A stretch of DNA of 64,000 nucleotides from an uncultured Chloroflexia bacterium (GTDB lineage: Bacteria; Chloroflexota; Anaerolineae; CG2-30-64-16): the NCBI GenBank assembly GCA_963810095.1, contig CAWEMM010000006.1, forward strand, positions 1,024,001 through 1,088,000. The letters are read 5' to 3'. Position 1 is the first letter of the stretch. Each line of letters opens with the position of its first letter. Below the pieces are notes generated by a model. It was not told the origin of the DNA. It made no database searches and was given only the letters and a program-made list of their open reading frames with translations. Position numbers and translations under genes: made by a program. Below are positions 21,386-31,126 of this stretch, in pieces.

Positions 21386-22555
21386 GTGACAACACCAGCA
21401 GAGGCGACGAAGCCGGCAGCCAGCAAGGGCGGCGGCCTGGCGGGCATGGTAGTTGCCGATAGCCGTATCAGCTTTGTGGACGGCACGAACGGCATCTTAG
21501 AGTATCGTGGCTATGACATCCGCGTGCTGGCTGACCACAGCACGTTCGAGGAAGTCGCTTTCCTGCTGTGGAACGATCGCTTGCCCACGGCCCAGGAACT
21601 GGACGAGATGAAGCGACAGTCGCGCGCTTGTCGTTTCATGCCGCCCGAGATCATCGCGGCCCTGCGCAACATGCCGCGTAACGCCGATCCGATGGCCGTC
21701 ATGCGGACGATGGCGTCGATGCTGGCGCACTACGACCCGGAGTCGGAAGACAACACCCCGATGGCGCACCAGCACAAGGCGTGCCGCCTGATGGGCCAGC
21801 TCGCTGGGGTCGTGGCCGCGTACGAGCGCATTCGCCGGGGCGAGGAGCCGGTCAAACCACGCATGGACCTCGACCATGCGGCCAATTTCCTCTGGATGCT
21901 GACGGGCGAAGAGCCCGACCCACAGGCCGCGAAGGCGCTGGACCAGTACCTGCTCCTGCTGGCCGAGCACGAGCTGAACGCCTCTACGTTTACCGCACGC
22001 GTGATTGCCTCGACCGGCTCGGACCTGCACTCGGCGATCACAGGCGCCATGGGCGCACTTAAGGGGCCGGCCCACGGCGCGGCCGTGCAGGAGGCCATGG
22101 AGCAGTTCCTGGAGATCGGGACGCTGGACAACGTGGAATCGTGGTTCCACGGCCTGGAGGGCAGCGGCCGCCGGGTGATGGGCATCGGGCACCGCGTCTA
22201 TAAGGTGCGCGACCCCCGCGCCGAGCCGTTGATGAAGAATGTGATGGCGATGGTGGAGGCGACCGGCGAACGGCAGTGGTTTGATATCGCCCAGAAGCTC
22301 GAAGCGGTCGCGATGCAGGACGAGTATTTCCGCTCGCGCAACCTGAGCGCGAACGTGGACTTCTATTCCGCGCCGCTGCTCTACTCGCTGGGCATTCCGG
22401 TCGACGCCTTTACCTGCATGTTCGCAATGAGCCGCATCGTGGGCTGGACCGCGCACGTCTACGAGCAGCAGGCGAACAACCGCCTCATCCGCCCGCTCTC
22501 TAACTGGATGGGCGAGCACCAGCTCCCGTGGGTCCCGATGGAGCAACGCGGGTAA
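21386..22555 (+). CDS. gltA: Citrate synthase (type I / 2-methylcitrate synthase family)
   Basis: LEYRGY, EHELNASTFTAR, LKGPAHG, MGIGHRVYK.RDPR, NVDFYS, RLIRP; GTG start with AGGAGG. Confidence 0.9.
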   Translation: MTTPAEATKPAASKGGGLAGMVVADSRISFVDGTNGILEYRGYDIRVLADHSTFEEVAFLLWNDRLPTAQELDEMKRQSRACRFMPPEIIAALRNMPRNADPMAVMRTMASMLAHYDPESEDNTPMAHQHKACRLMGQLAGVVAAYERIRRGEEPVKPRMDLDHAANFLWMLTGEEPDPQAAKALDQYLLLLAEHELNASTFTARVIASTGSDLHSAITGAMGALKGPAHGAAVQEAMEQFLEIGTLDNVESWFHGLEGSGRRVMGIGHRVYKVRDPRAEPLMKNVMAMVEATGERQWFDIAQKLEAVAMQDEYFRSRNLSANVDFYSAPLLYSLGIPVDAFTCMFAMSRIVGWTAHVYEQQANNRLIRPLSNWMGEHQLPWVPMEQRG

Positions 22556-22563
22556 CGCCGGCA

Positions 22564-22634
22564 GCTTTAAACACAGAGGCACAAAGACACAAGAGCCATT
22601 CTTCTTCGTGACTTTGTGTCTTTGTGTTTAAAGC
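22564..22634. repeat. REP-like palindrome, family A, between convergent genes
   Basis: GCTTTAAACACAGAGGCACAAAG...CTTTGTGTCTTTGTGTTTAAAGC. Confidence 0.8.
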
Positions 22635-22639
22635 CGTCT

Positions 22640-23935
22640 CTACATCCAGTGCTGCTGCTTGGCGAAGTAGAGCAATTCCTCTCGGAACTGCGGCGCCGCG
22701 ATGTTGGCGAGCGCCTGGACGCGTTCGTGTACGCTGCGGGCAAAGAGGTCGGCCGCGCCGTACTCCGTGACCACGAAACGCACATGATTGCGCGTCGTCA
22801 CCACGCCCGCGCCCTGCTTGAGCATCGGCACGATCCGGCTGATCGTCCCGTCCTTCGCCGTCGCCGGCAGTGCGATGATCGGGACGCCGCCCGGCGAACG
22901 GAGCGCGCCGTACATGAAGTCGAGCTGCCCGCCCGTGCCGCTGAAGAAGGTGGGGCCGATCGAATCGGCGCACACCTGGCCCGTCAGGTCCACCTCCAGC
23001 GCCGAGTTAATGGCGACCTGTTTGCTGTTCTGCGCAATCACGAACGGGTCGTTGACATAGTCTTGCGGGTGGAACTCGAACATGGGGTTGTTGTCCATGT
23101 AGTCGTACAGCCGCTGCGAGCCCAGCGCAAAGCCCGCCACGCACTTCCCCCGGTGGATCGTCTTGGCCGCGTTCGTCAGCACGCCGGCCTCGATCAGCTC
23201 GATGACCCCGTCCGAGAAAAGCTCCGTGTGGACGCCCAGGTCTTTTTTGCCCTTCAGATAAAGGAGGACGGCGTCGGGAATCTCCCCGATGCCCATCTGC
23301 ATGGTCGCGCCGTCGGGGATCAGGTCCGCGATGTTCGACGCGATCTGCTTCTGCAGCTCGCCGGGCGAGCCCATCGGCACCTCGACGATCGGGTAGCTCA
23401 CCGGCACGATGTGCGTGAGCCGGGTGACATGGATGAAACTATCGCCCAGCGCCCGGGGCATCTGATCGTTGACCTCGGCGATGACGATCTCGGCCGACTC
23501 GGCCGCCGGCTTCGTCAGGCCCACCTCGACCCCGAACGTACAATAACCATGTTCGTCGGGCGGCGAGCAGTGGATCATCGCCACCCGGGGCTTGAGCAGG
23601 GCCGGGTCGCGCAGTGCGCGCGGGATCTGGCTGAGGTGGATCGGCGTGAAATCGGCCCGCCCCTCGTTGACTGCCTTGCGCACGTTGTGGCTGATGAAGA
23701 GCGAATTGACCCGCAGATGCCCCTCCATGTCCGGCGCCACGTATTCCGCCGGACCGATGGTCAGCACCTGGACGATCTCCACGTCTTCGAGGTCGGGCGC
23801 CCGGCGCACCAGGGCGGCCAACAACTCGCGCGGCACGGAGCAGTTGCCCGTCATAAAGATGCGGTCGTGTGACTGGATCGCTTCGACGGCCATATCGGCC
23901 GAGCACAGCCGGTTATGATACGAGGCCCCCTTCAT
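22640..23935 (-). CDS. Acetyl-CoA hydrolase/transferase family (4-hydroxybutyrate CoA-transferase-like)
   Basis: QMGIGEIPDAV, LGVHTE, INSALEVDLTGQV, GTGGQLDF, VVTEYG. Confidence 0.92.
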   Translation of the reverse strand: MKGASYHNRLCSADMAVEAIQSHDRIFMTGNCSVPRELLAALVRRAPDLEDVEIVQVLTIGPAEYVAPDMEGHLRVNSLFISHNVRKAVNEGRADFTPIHLSQIPRALRDPALLKPRVAMIHCSPPDEHGYCTFGVEVGLTKPAAESAEIVIAEVNDQMPRALGDSFIHVTRLTHIVPVSYPIVEVPMGSPGELQKQIASNIADLIPDGATMQMGIGEIPDAVLLYLKGKKDLGVHTELFSDGVIELIEAGVLTNAAKTIHRGKCVAGFALGSQRLYDYMDNNPMFEFHPQDYVNDPFVIAQNSKQVAINSALEVDLTGQVCADSIGPTFFSGTGGQLDFMYGALRSPGGVPIIALPATAKDGTISRIVPMLKQGAGVVTTRNHVRFVVTEYGAADLFARSVHERVQALANIAAPQFREELLYFAKQQHWM

Positions 23936-25065
23936 AGGCCACCTCCGATTCCGTTGGTCGAGGCGTAGCTGGGGGGAGGATTGCCCTCGAGCGAACGCGC
24001 GAGGCCTTGGTGAACCACCTTGCCGTCGTACGTGTTCAGGCCATGGCGCAGCGCGCGGTTCGTCGCGAGCGCCGGGGCCAGGCCCTTCTCCGCGATCTCC
24101 ATGATGTAAGGCCAGGCCGCGTTGTTGAACGTGTGCGTCGTCGTGCGCGCGACCACCCCGGTCATGTTGGGCACGCAGTAGTGGGTCACACCCTCTTCGA
24201 TGTAGGTGGGATTCTGGTAGGTCGTCGGGCGACTCGTCTCGACGCAGCCGCCCTGGTCGATGGCGATGTCCATGATGACCGAACGCGGTTTCATGGTGCA
24301 GACCATCTCACGCGTCACCAGGTGCGGCGTGCGTGCGCCGGGCGCAAGGACCGCCCCCACCAGGACGTCGGCCCGCTTGACGGCGCGCGCGATATTGAAG
24401 TCATAAGCGACGATGGTGTCCGCCTTGCACCCGCTGTCCTCCAGCTGCTGAAGGCGTGACACTTCGGAGTCGAGGATCGTGACGTGCGCGCCCATGGCCT
24501 GAAAGATGCGGGCCGCGTTGCTGCCGACCGTGCCCGCGCCCAGGATGACTACGCGCGCAGGCGGGACCCCAGGCACGCCTCCCAACAGGATGCCGTGCCC
24601 GCCCTCGTTGTTCTGCAGCAACTGCGCGGCGATGTGGGGGATCATACGCCCGGCGACCTGGCTGGCCGCGGCGAGCACGGGCAGGTGCCCATGCCCGTCC
24701 TGGATGGTCTCATAGCCGATCGCCGTAATCTTGCGTTCGAGCAGCAGTTCGATCTTACGCGGATGTGCGACGGCCAGGTGCAGGAACCCGCACAGGATCT
24801 GCCCTTCCTGGAGGAGGTCGAAGTCCGTTAGCTGGGGTCGGGAGACCGTGAGCAGCATTTCGGACCGGCCGAACACCTCTTCGGTCGAGTAACAGATCTG
24901 CGCGCCCGCCTCGCGGTAGCGTTCGTCTTCGAAGCCGCTGCCGGTGCCCGCGTCGCGTTCCACGTAGACCCGGTGGCCCATGCGCGTCAGGATTTCGACG
25001 CCCATTGGCGTGAGGCCCGCTCGATAGTCAAACGGTCGTTTTTGCTTGGGGATTCCGATATCCAT
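23932..25065 (-). CDS. ald: Alanine dehydrogenase
   Basis: IGIPK, FLHLA, GYETI, VAGRM, LLGGVPGV, GAGTVG, DIAIDQGGC.ETS.PTT, YCVPNM. Confidence 0.92.
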   Translation of the reverse strand: MDIGIPKQKRPFDYRAGLTPMGVEILTRMGHRVYVERDAGTGSGFEDERYREAGAQICYSTEEVFGRSEMLLTVSRPQLTDFDLLQEGQILCGFLHLAVAHPRKIELLLERKITAIGYETIQDGHGHLPVLAAASQVAGRMIPHIAAQLLQNNEGGHGILLGGVPGVPPARVVILGAGTVGSNAARIFQAMGAHVTILDSEVSRLQQLEDSGCKADTIVAYDFNIARAVKRADVLVGAVLAPGARTPHLVTREMVCTMKPRSVIMDIAIDQGGCVETSRPTTYQNPTYIEEGVTHYCVPNMTGVVARTTTHTFNNAAWPYIMEIAEKGLAPALATNRALRHGLNTYDGKVVHQGLARSLEGNPPPSYASTNGIGGGL

Positions 25066-25122
25066 AATGACCCTCCTCCTCGAGGTGCTGGGGACTGAGT
25101 CGTAGGGCGGTGCTGCTCGGGC

Positions 25123-26457
25123 TCAGCCGTCCAGCCGGCGCTGAATCTCCTGTTTGACGGCCCCTGCGTCGGCCGGCAATTCCACCGGCGGGTTGCGATG
25201 CCGGGCGACGATGTCGGGCAGCGTGCCTTCGTGATAATTGACCTTGAACTCGCTGAACTTCAACCCGTGTGCGGTGGAGATAACCACCACCCGCTCTCCC
25301 GGTTGGATCGTGCCCTGGGTCGCCAGCTTCCGCGCCACCGCCAGGGCCACCCCCGTATGGGGATCGGTGTACAGACCGCGGCGATCGGCCAGCGCACAAG
25401 CCTCTGCCAGTTCGTCCTCGCTTGCCTGCTCGACCACCCCGTCGAAGTCACGGAGCGCAAACACGGCCTTTTCGTAGCTCACTGGGTTGCCGATGCGAAT
25501 GGCCGAGGCGGCGGTGCTGCCCGCGGTGACGGGCTCGAGGCGGTCGAAGCCCCGCCGGTACGCGAGATAGAGCGGATTGGCCCGCTGCGCCTGCGCCGCG
25601 GCCAGCCGCGGCAGCCGGTCGATCAGGCCCAGCCGCTTGGCGAGCGCCAGGCCCTTCGCCAGGGCCGAAATGTTGCCCAGGTTGCCCGACGGCAGGATGA
25701 TCCAGTCGGGCGCGCGCCAGCCGAGCTGCTGGACGATCTCGATGCCGACGGTCTTTTGGCCTTCGACCCGCAGCGAGTTCATCGAATTGGCCAGGTAGAT
25801 CGAATCGTCGCGCGTCACATCCTGGACGATCCGCATGCAGCCGTCAAAGTCGGTATCGAGCGCCAGCACCAGCGCGCCGTGGCTGATCGGTTGGATAAGC
25901 TGTGCCGTCGTGATCTTGCCGCGGGGCAAGAACACGATCGTTGGGATGCCGGCCGCCGCGCCGTACGCCGCCAGGGCGGCGGAGGTATCGCCCGTCGAAG
26001 CGCACGCAACCGCCCGGACTGGACTGTTTCCAGCCACCATCATCTGCCTGACCGCGCTGACCAGCACCGTCATGCCCAGGTCCTTGAACGAGCCGGTGTG
26101 GCTGATGCCGCACTGCTTGACCCACAGATCGTCCAGCCCCAGGTCGCATGCGAGGCCGGGCACGGGCAGCAGCGGCGTCCAGCCCTCGCCCAGGGTGACG
26201 ACATTCTCCGGCGCCAGCTGGGGCAACACCCAGTCGCGCTTGTCCCACACGCCCGACGACGTTCGCTGACCGTCGAACGCGGCCCGCCAGCCCGCGCCAT
26301 CCGCGGCCGCGGCCAGCTGCGTCTCGTCGTGGGCCACCTCGAGTAAACCGTCGCAGTGGGGACAGCGATAGATCACGCTGAAGACATCGTAACGGCCGGG
26401 ACATCCGCGCACGCAGCGATAGGCAGCGGCAAAGGCCGGGGAAGCTCGCTCTAGCAT
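25123..26457 (-). CDS. thrC: Threonine synthase (PLP)
   Basis: [62 protein letters not shown]. Confidence 0.93.
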   Translation of the reverse strand: MLERASPAFAAAYRCVRGCPGRYDVFSVIYRCPHCDGLLEVAHDETQLAAAADGAGWRAAFDGQRTSSGVWDKRDWVLPQLAPENVVTLGEGWTPLLPVPGLACDLGLDDLWVKQCGISHTGSFKDLGMTVLVSAVRQMMVAGNSPVRAVACASTGDTSAALAAYGAAAGIPTIVFLPRGKITTAQLIQPISHGALVLALDTDFDGCMRIVQDVTRDDSIYLANSMNSLRVEGQKTVGIEIVQQLGWRAPDWIILPSGNLGNISALAKGLALAKRLGLIDRLPRLAAAQAQRANPLYLAYRRGFDRLEPVTAGSTAASAIRIGNPVSYEKAVFALRDFDGVVEQASEDELAEACALADRRGLYTDPHTGVALAVARKLATQGTIQPGERVVVISTAHGLKFSEFKVNYHEGTLPDIVARHRNPPVELPADAGAVKQEIQRRLDG

Positions 26458-26463
26458 GGGGCC

Positions 26464-26492
26464 AGTTTAGCATCGACTGGCGCTTTGGGCAA
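26464..26492 (-). promoter_or_regulatory. Promoter for probably leaderless thrC
   Basis: TTGCCC-N17-TAAACT with extended TG, 6 nt before ATG, no RBS. Confidence 0.55.
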
Positions 26493-26590
26493 AGACGTGT
26501 TTCGCTTTCAGGTGAACAAAGCCTAGTTGTCCCGCCCCCCGAGTTGGGGTAAACTACCCCCTGTCAATCCTTCCGTCACCTCTTTATGAC

Positions 26591-28270
26591 ATGGATGTGC
26601 GTATGCCAAAGAAGTCATTGCTACTCGTCGTGCTTGGCGTCGTCGCGCTGCTGCTCGTTGCCGGCGTCGCCTATTTTTGGGCCACCGGCGCCATCGATTC
26701 GCTGTATGCATTTCGTTCGCCCCTGGCAAGTGATCCGCCTGCGGCCGGCCCCGCGCTTGGCAATCCCCTGACCCGGCGTGTCGTGTTCGTGCTCGTCGAC
26801 GGCCTGCGTAAGGATACGGCGGACGACGCTTCCGTGATGCCCTTCCTGGCCGAACTGCGGGCCAAGGGCGCATCGGCAACCGTCCACAGTGGAGTTCCCT
26901 CCTTCTCTGCACCCTCGTACACGGTCCTGTTCAGCGGAGCGGCGCCCGACGTGAGCGACGGTCCCGCGGTGAATCTTGCCTACGACGAGTACTGGCCGTG
27001 GACGCAGGATAACCTGTTCTCGGCGGTCAAGCGGGCGGGCGGCAGGACGGCCGTCTCGGGTTACAACTGGTTTGAGAAGCTCATCCCACAGGATACGGTC
27101 GCGGACAGCTTTTACACGCCGGGCGAGGACAAGACGGCGGATCGGGCGGTGGTCGATGCGGCCCTGCCGTGGCTGAAGGACGCCCAGGATAACCTGGTGC
27201 TGATCCATCTCGACCAGGTCGACTATGCGGGACACCATGAGGGCGGCGCCCGGAGCCCGAACTGGACTGCCGCGGCTCGGCGGTCCGACGACCTGTTGCG
27301 TGAGATCGCAGCGACCCTTGACCTCTCCCAGGATACGATCGTCGTCACCAGCGACCACGGGCACCTCGACCAGGGCGGCCACGGCGGGCCCGAGCCGATT
27401 CTGCTGCTCGAACCCCTCGTGATGGCCGGCGCGGGCGTCAAGCCCGGCACGTACGGCGACACAAACCAGGTCGACACTGCGCCGACGTTGGCCGCGCTGC
27501 TGGGCACGAACATACCCGCCTCCGCGCAGGGCCGGGTGCGCACCGAGATGCTGGCCCTCCCGGCCGCGGGTCTGGAGGCAGTGACGGCGGCGGAGACCGC
27601 TCAAAAACGAACGCTGGCCGAGGCCTACGGGGCGGCGATTGGCCGGCCGATCGACGCACAGCTTTCCTCCGCCGAGCAAGCAGCGCAGGCGATGCCGTCG
27701 GCCAAGCTCAACCGGCTCAACACGGAGCGCCTGCCCCGGTTGATCGTTGCGGTCCTCGTCCTCGCAGTGCTTGCGGTCGTCCTGATTCGAGTCCGCGGTC
27801 GCGCGCTCGCCTGGGGCGTGCTCGGTTCGGTGGTCTATCTCGCCCTCTTCAACTTTCGCTACCTCGTGCTCAGCCACCGCACCTACTCGCTCACCACGGT
27901 CACGGGCGCAAATGAGTTGATCATGTACGTACTCGTCACCGTGTTGCTGGCCTTTGTCATTGGCTGGCTGGTCTTCGCTCTGGGGACGCGGTTGTTCGCG
28001 CACGCCCCCATCGAGGCGGCGCGCCTGACGCTCGGGTGGGCTTTGTTGACTTTCGCCATCACCGGCCTGCCCGCGCTGGTCAGCTTCGCCTGGAACGGTC
28101 CGCTCATTGGCTGGACCCTGCCCGAGATGTGGACCTTCTTCGCGGGCTTCCTGGCCACGCTGCAAATCCTGTTCATCGCCGTCTTCGGCATCCTGTTTGC
28201 GGGGGTCGCAGCCCTGGTTGCCCGCCTGCGCCGTCCGGCTGCGAGGTCACTTGAACAGCGCCCCGCTTGA
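26591..28270 (+). CDS. Alkaline-phosphatase-superfamily membrane protein (phosphodiesterase/phosphotransferase with C-terminal TM bundle)
   Basis: N-terminal TM; VLVDGLR, PSFS, DQVDYAGH, TSDHG, GGHGG; about 5 C-terminal TM helices. Confidence 0.8.
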   Translation: MDVRMPKKSLLLVVLGVVALLLVAGVAYFWATGAIDSLYAFRSPLASDPPAAGPALGNPLTRRVVFVLVDGLRKDTADDASVMPFLAELRAKGASATVHSGVPSFSAPSYTVLFSGAAPDVSDGPAVNLAYDEYWPWTQDNLFSAVKRAGGRTAVSGYNWFEKLIPQDTVADSFYTPGEDKTADRAVVDAALPWLKDAQDNLVLIHLDQVDYAGHHEGGARSPNWTAAARRSDDLLREIAATLDLSQDTIVVTSDHGHLDQGGHGGPEPILLLEPLVMAGAGVKPGTYGDTNQVDTAPTLAALLGTNIPASAQGRVRTEMLALPAAGLEAVTAAETAQKRTLAEAYGAAIGRPIDAQLSSAEQAAQAMPSAKLNRLNTERLPRLIVAVLVLAVLAVVLIRVRGRALAWGVLGSVVYLALFNFRYLVLSHRTYSLTTVTGANELIMYVLVTVLLAFVIGWLVFALGTRLFAHAPIEAARLTLGWALLTFAITGLPALVSFAWNGPLIGWTLPEMWTFFAGFLATLQILFIAVFGILFAGVAALVARLRRPAARSLEQRPA

Positions 28271-29477
28271 TGGGACCGCGGCGCGTCTGCCGCGCAGGCG
28301 CCTGATCGTCCTGACTTGCGCCACGATGGCGCAGCACGGCATCGTCCTTCTGCTTGCCGGCGCCTTGCTCCCTGCGATGATGAGGACCTTTGACATCCGG
28401 GAGGCCTCGGCCGGCCTGCTGCTGGGCGCGGGCGCGCTCGGGTTTGTCATCGGCCCGTTCCTCGCCGGCCTGCTCTCCGACCGCGCCGGCGCGCGGACGG
28501 TCTTTCTCGTCGGCCTCGGCGGCGAGGCGGTCATGCTGGCAGCCGTGAGCCTGTCGCCAACCTTTGCCGCGGCGACCGTGACCTTTTTCCTCCTGAACCT
28601 GGCAGCGGGCTTCATCGAGACCCCGGTCAACATCGTGCCGACAGTGGTCGGCAACGGCAAGAGCGGCTCGTTGATGAACATCGTGCACATGTTCTTCAGC
28701 ATCGGCGCGTTCATCTGCCCATTCCTCGCCGGCCTTCTGCTGAGCATGACGGGAAGCTGGCGGCCGGTGTGGCTGCTGGCCATCGTGCCCACAGTCATCC
28801 TGTTCGTCGCGTTCCTGCTCACGCCCTTCTCGACCCGGCTGGCCACGGCCAAGAGCAGCGCGCCCCGGCCGAAGATGCTCCAGGTGCTCAAAGAGCGCGC
28901 GATCCTCTTCGGCGCCATCGCGATGTTCCTATACGTCGCCGCAGAATTTGGCGCGTCGAGCTGGACGACCCTGTACCTCGAAAAGAGCCTTGGCTTCGCA
29001 ACGCTCGCCGCCACCTCCGGCCTATCCGTTCTGTGGTTGGGCCTGCTCATCGGCCGCTTTGCAAACAGCCGGCTTGCACTGGTGCGGGCGAGCGGCGAGT
29101 TGGTGTTGTGGAGCGGCCTGGCGGGGCTGGCGGCCGGCTTGCTGCTGCTGACCGCGCAAACGGTGGTCATGGCCTACCTGTGGCTCTTCGCCCTCGGCCT
29201 GTGCATGTCGGGCATTTATCCGAACATCATGGCCGAGCTGAACGGCCGCAACCCCGCCCGGATGGGGCTCATCACCGGCTTCCTGGCGCAGGCCGCCGCC
29301 TTCGGCACCCTCGCGGCCCAGCCCACCCTCGGGATCGTCGCGCAGACGGTGAGCCTGCCCGTTGCCCTGGCAATCCCCGCTATCCTGATGGGCCTGGTGG
29401 CGCTGACTACGTTCCTGGGGGCAGGCAGCATGGCGGCGCTGCGGGAACAGCCGGCAGACGCCGAGGCAGGGGCATGA
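28251..29477 (+). CDS. MFS transporter
   Basis: About 12 hydrophobic segments, GLLSDRAGAR motif A; TTG start with GAGGT RBS inferred. Confidence 0.88.
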   Translation: MNSAPLDGTAARLPRRRLIVLTCATMAQHGIVLLLAGALLPAMMRTFDIREASAGLLLGAGALGFVIGPFLAGLLSDRAGARTVFLVGLGGEAVMLAAVSLSPTFAAATVTFFLLNLAAGFIETPVNIVPTVVGNGKSGSLMNIVHMFFSIGAFICPFLAGLLLSMTGSWRPVWLLAIVPTVILFVAFLLTPFSTRLATAKSSAPRPKMLQVLKERAILFGAIAMFLYVAAEFGASSWTTLYLEKSLGFATLAATSGLSVLWLGLLIGRFANSRLALVRASGELVLWSGLAGLAAGLLLLTAQTVVMAYLWLFALGLCMSGIYPNIMAELNGRNPARMGLITGFLAQAAAFGTLAAQPTLGIVAQTVSLPVALAIPAILMGLVALTTFLGAGSMAALREQPADAEAGA

Positions 29478-29950
29478 AACCGCCATTCGGGCCCGGCGAT
29501 CTGGGGCAGTTCATCCTCGAGCAGGGCATTGACGCAGCCATCGTGCCCATGACTATGGAGACGCCCACCGTGCCCGCAGCGGCCGAGGCGCTCGGCGTGA
29601 CGCCTGCCCAAATCATCAAGACGCTTGTCTTCCTGGTCAGGGAGACGCCGCTCATTGTCATTGCGAGCGGGGATATCCTCGTCGACCGGCGGCCCCTGGC
29701 CGGCCGCTTCGGGGTGGGCAAGAAACAGGTGCGGCTCGCCGATCCTGCGACCGCACTCGCCGTCACCGGCTACGAGGTGGGCGGGGTTCCGCCTTTCGGG
29801 CACGTGACGGCCGTTGCCGTGCTCCTGGACGAACGGATTCGGGCGTGGGAAGTCATTTATGGCGGCGGCGGCGATGACCGCACGTTGCTTCGGGTAACGC
29901 CGGACGAACTGGCACGCGTCACCCGGGGCCAGTGGGTGATGCTGTCCTAG
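29474..29950 (+). CDS. YbaK/EbsC aminoacyl-tRNA deacylase family protein
   Basis: AAEALGV...IIKTLVF, TGYEVGGVPPFG, GGG; ATGA overlap. Confidence 0.9.
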   Translation: MKPPFGPGDLGQFILEQGIDAAIVPMTMETPTVPAAAEALGVTPAQIIKTLVFLVRETPLIVIASGDILVDRRPLAGRFGVGKKQVRLADPATALAVTGYEVGGVPPFGHVTAVAVLLDERIRAWEVIYGGGGDDRTLLRVTPDELARVTRGQWVMLS

Positions 29951-31126
29951 AACTGCCCCTGCATCGAGCCAGCGTAACCGGTCAGCTCGACGTACCCGTT
30001 CCCGCTCACCGGTTGGCCGCCTGCGTTCCCGGCAACCCGTACGGCCCCCTCCCAGTAGACATAGGACACCTGCATCTCCTGGTCGGCGACGTAAGGCGTG
30101 ACGTCGAGGCTCAAGTCCAACTTCGGAATCGTCAAGCGCCACCCGGCCGGATATTCGCCGCCGCTGCGTGGGCTGCGCCAGCGCCCCGTTGGCTCGAGCT
30201 TGAAGTCCTCCGGGCCAAGACGAGTGGTTGAGCCATCCGCGGCGACGAACGTTCCGCTCGAGAAGGCGTCCACGCTGCCGTCGGCCCTGCGCAGTTGAAA
30301 GACCATCAACTCGGTGTCGTTGTCAAGCTGGATGCTGAACCAGTCCCAACCCTTTTGCTCCGGGCCTAGCGCACTCGTGCTGTACTCGTGGTCCATCCAG
30401 CTCAGCCCAGACACGGCATACTGCTTGCCGTCCACCGTCACAGTCCCGGACGTCGGCATCCGGGTCAAGCTGTAGTAGTACGAGGCATTCCCCGCTTCCG
30501 GCCCCTTCTGCGAGTACCCGCGGTCGCCTTGCAGGACCGGGCCCTTCGCGTCTTCCAGCCGCATGTCGAGCGCGACCCCGCCCGCCTCCGCCTTAAGGGT
30601 CGAAGGCGGCTGCCGGTACACGGTGCCATCGGGCGCGCGCTCCGTAGCCGTCACCGACCAGTCTTCGAGCCACACCCGAAAGGGGTCGGCCTGCGCGCCG
30701 GCCACGCCGCCGGCCCCCCGGCTCAGCTTCTCGAATGACTGGTGACGGTTGCCGGCCACGTCCGTCAGCGCAAAGTGCGCCATGTACACCTGGTCGGCCG
30801 CCCAGTCGGATACGCGGGCGGTGCGCTGATCGGGCGAGGTGAGCGCCCGGCGGAAGAAGGTCAATTGATACCCGAAGTGCTCGCCGGTTTCGCTCTGCAG
30901 GTTGCCCGTGTAGTACCACCACTCGGTCTGATAGTCGTCATGCGGGCCTTCGTCACGCGGGAAGACCAGCGGCTGCCCGGGCGCGGCGCGGGCAAAGCCT
31001 GCGGGGTCCGCCGGCGCTGCCTGGGCCACCAGGCTGGCCCCCACTTGGCCCTTGCCGCGCGGCCACACGCGCCCATGCGGCTGCTGCCACGACCAGTATC
31101 ACTGCCAAGATCAAAAGTCGCTTCAT
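29947..31126 (-). CDS. Secreted lipocalin-like / CrtC-AttH-family protein (apparent frameshift near 31070)
   Basis: Signal peptide [13 protein letters not shown]; FPRDEGPH..YQTEWWYYTGNL, SYYYS, WMDHE, GWDWFS, YWEG, GYVELTGY. Confidence 0.85.
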
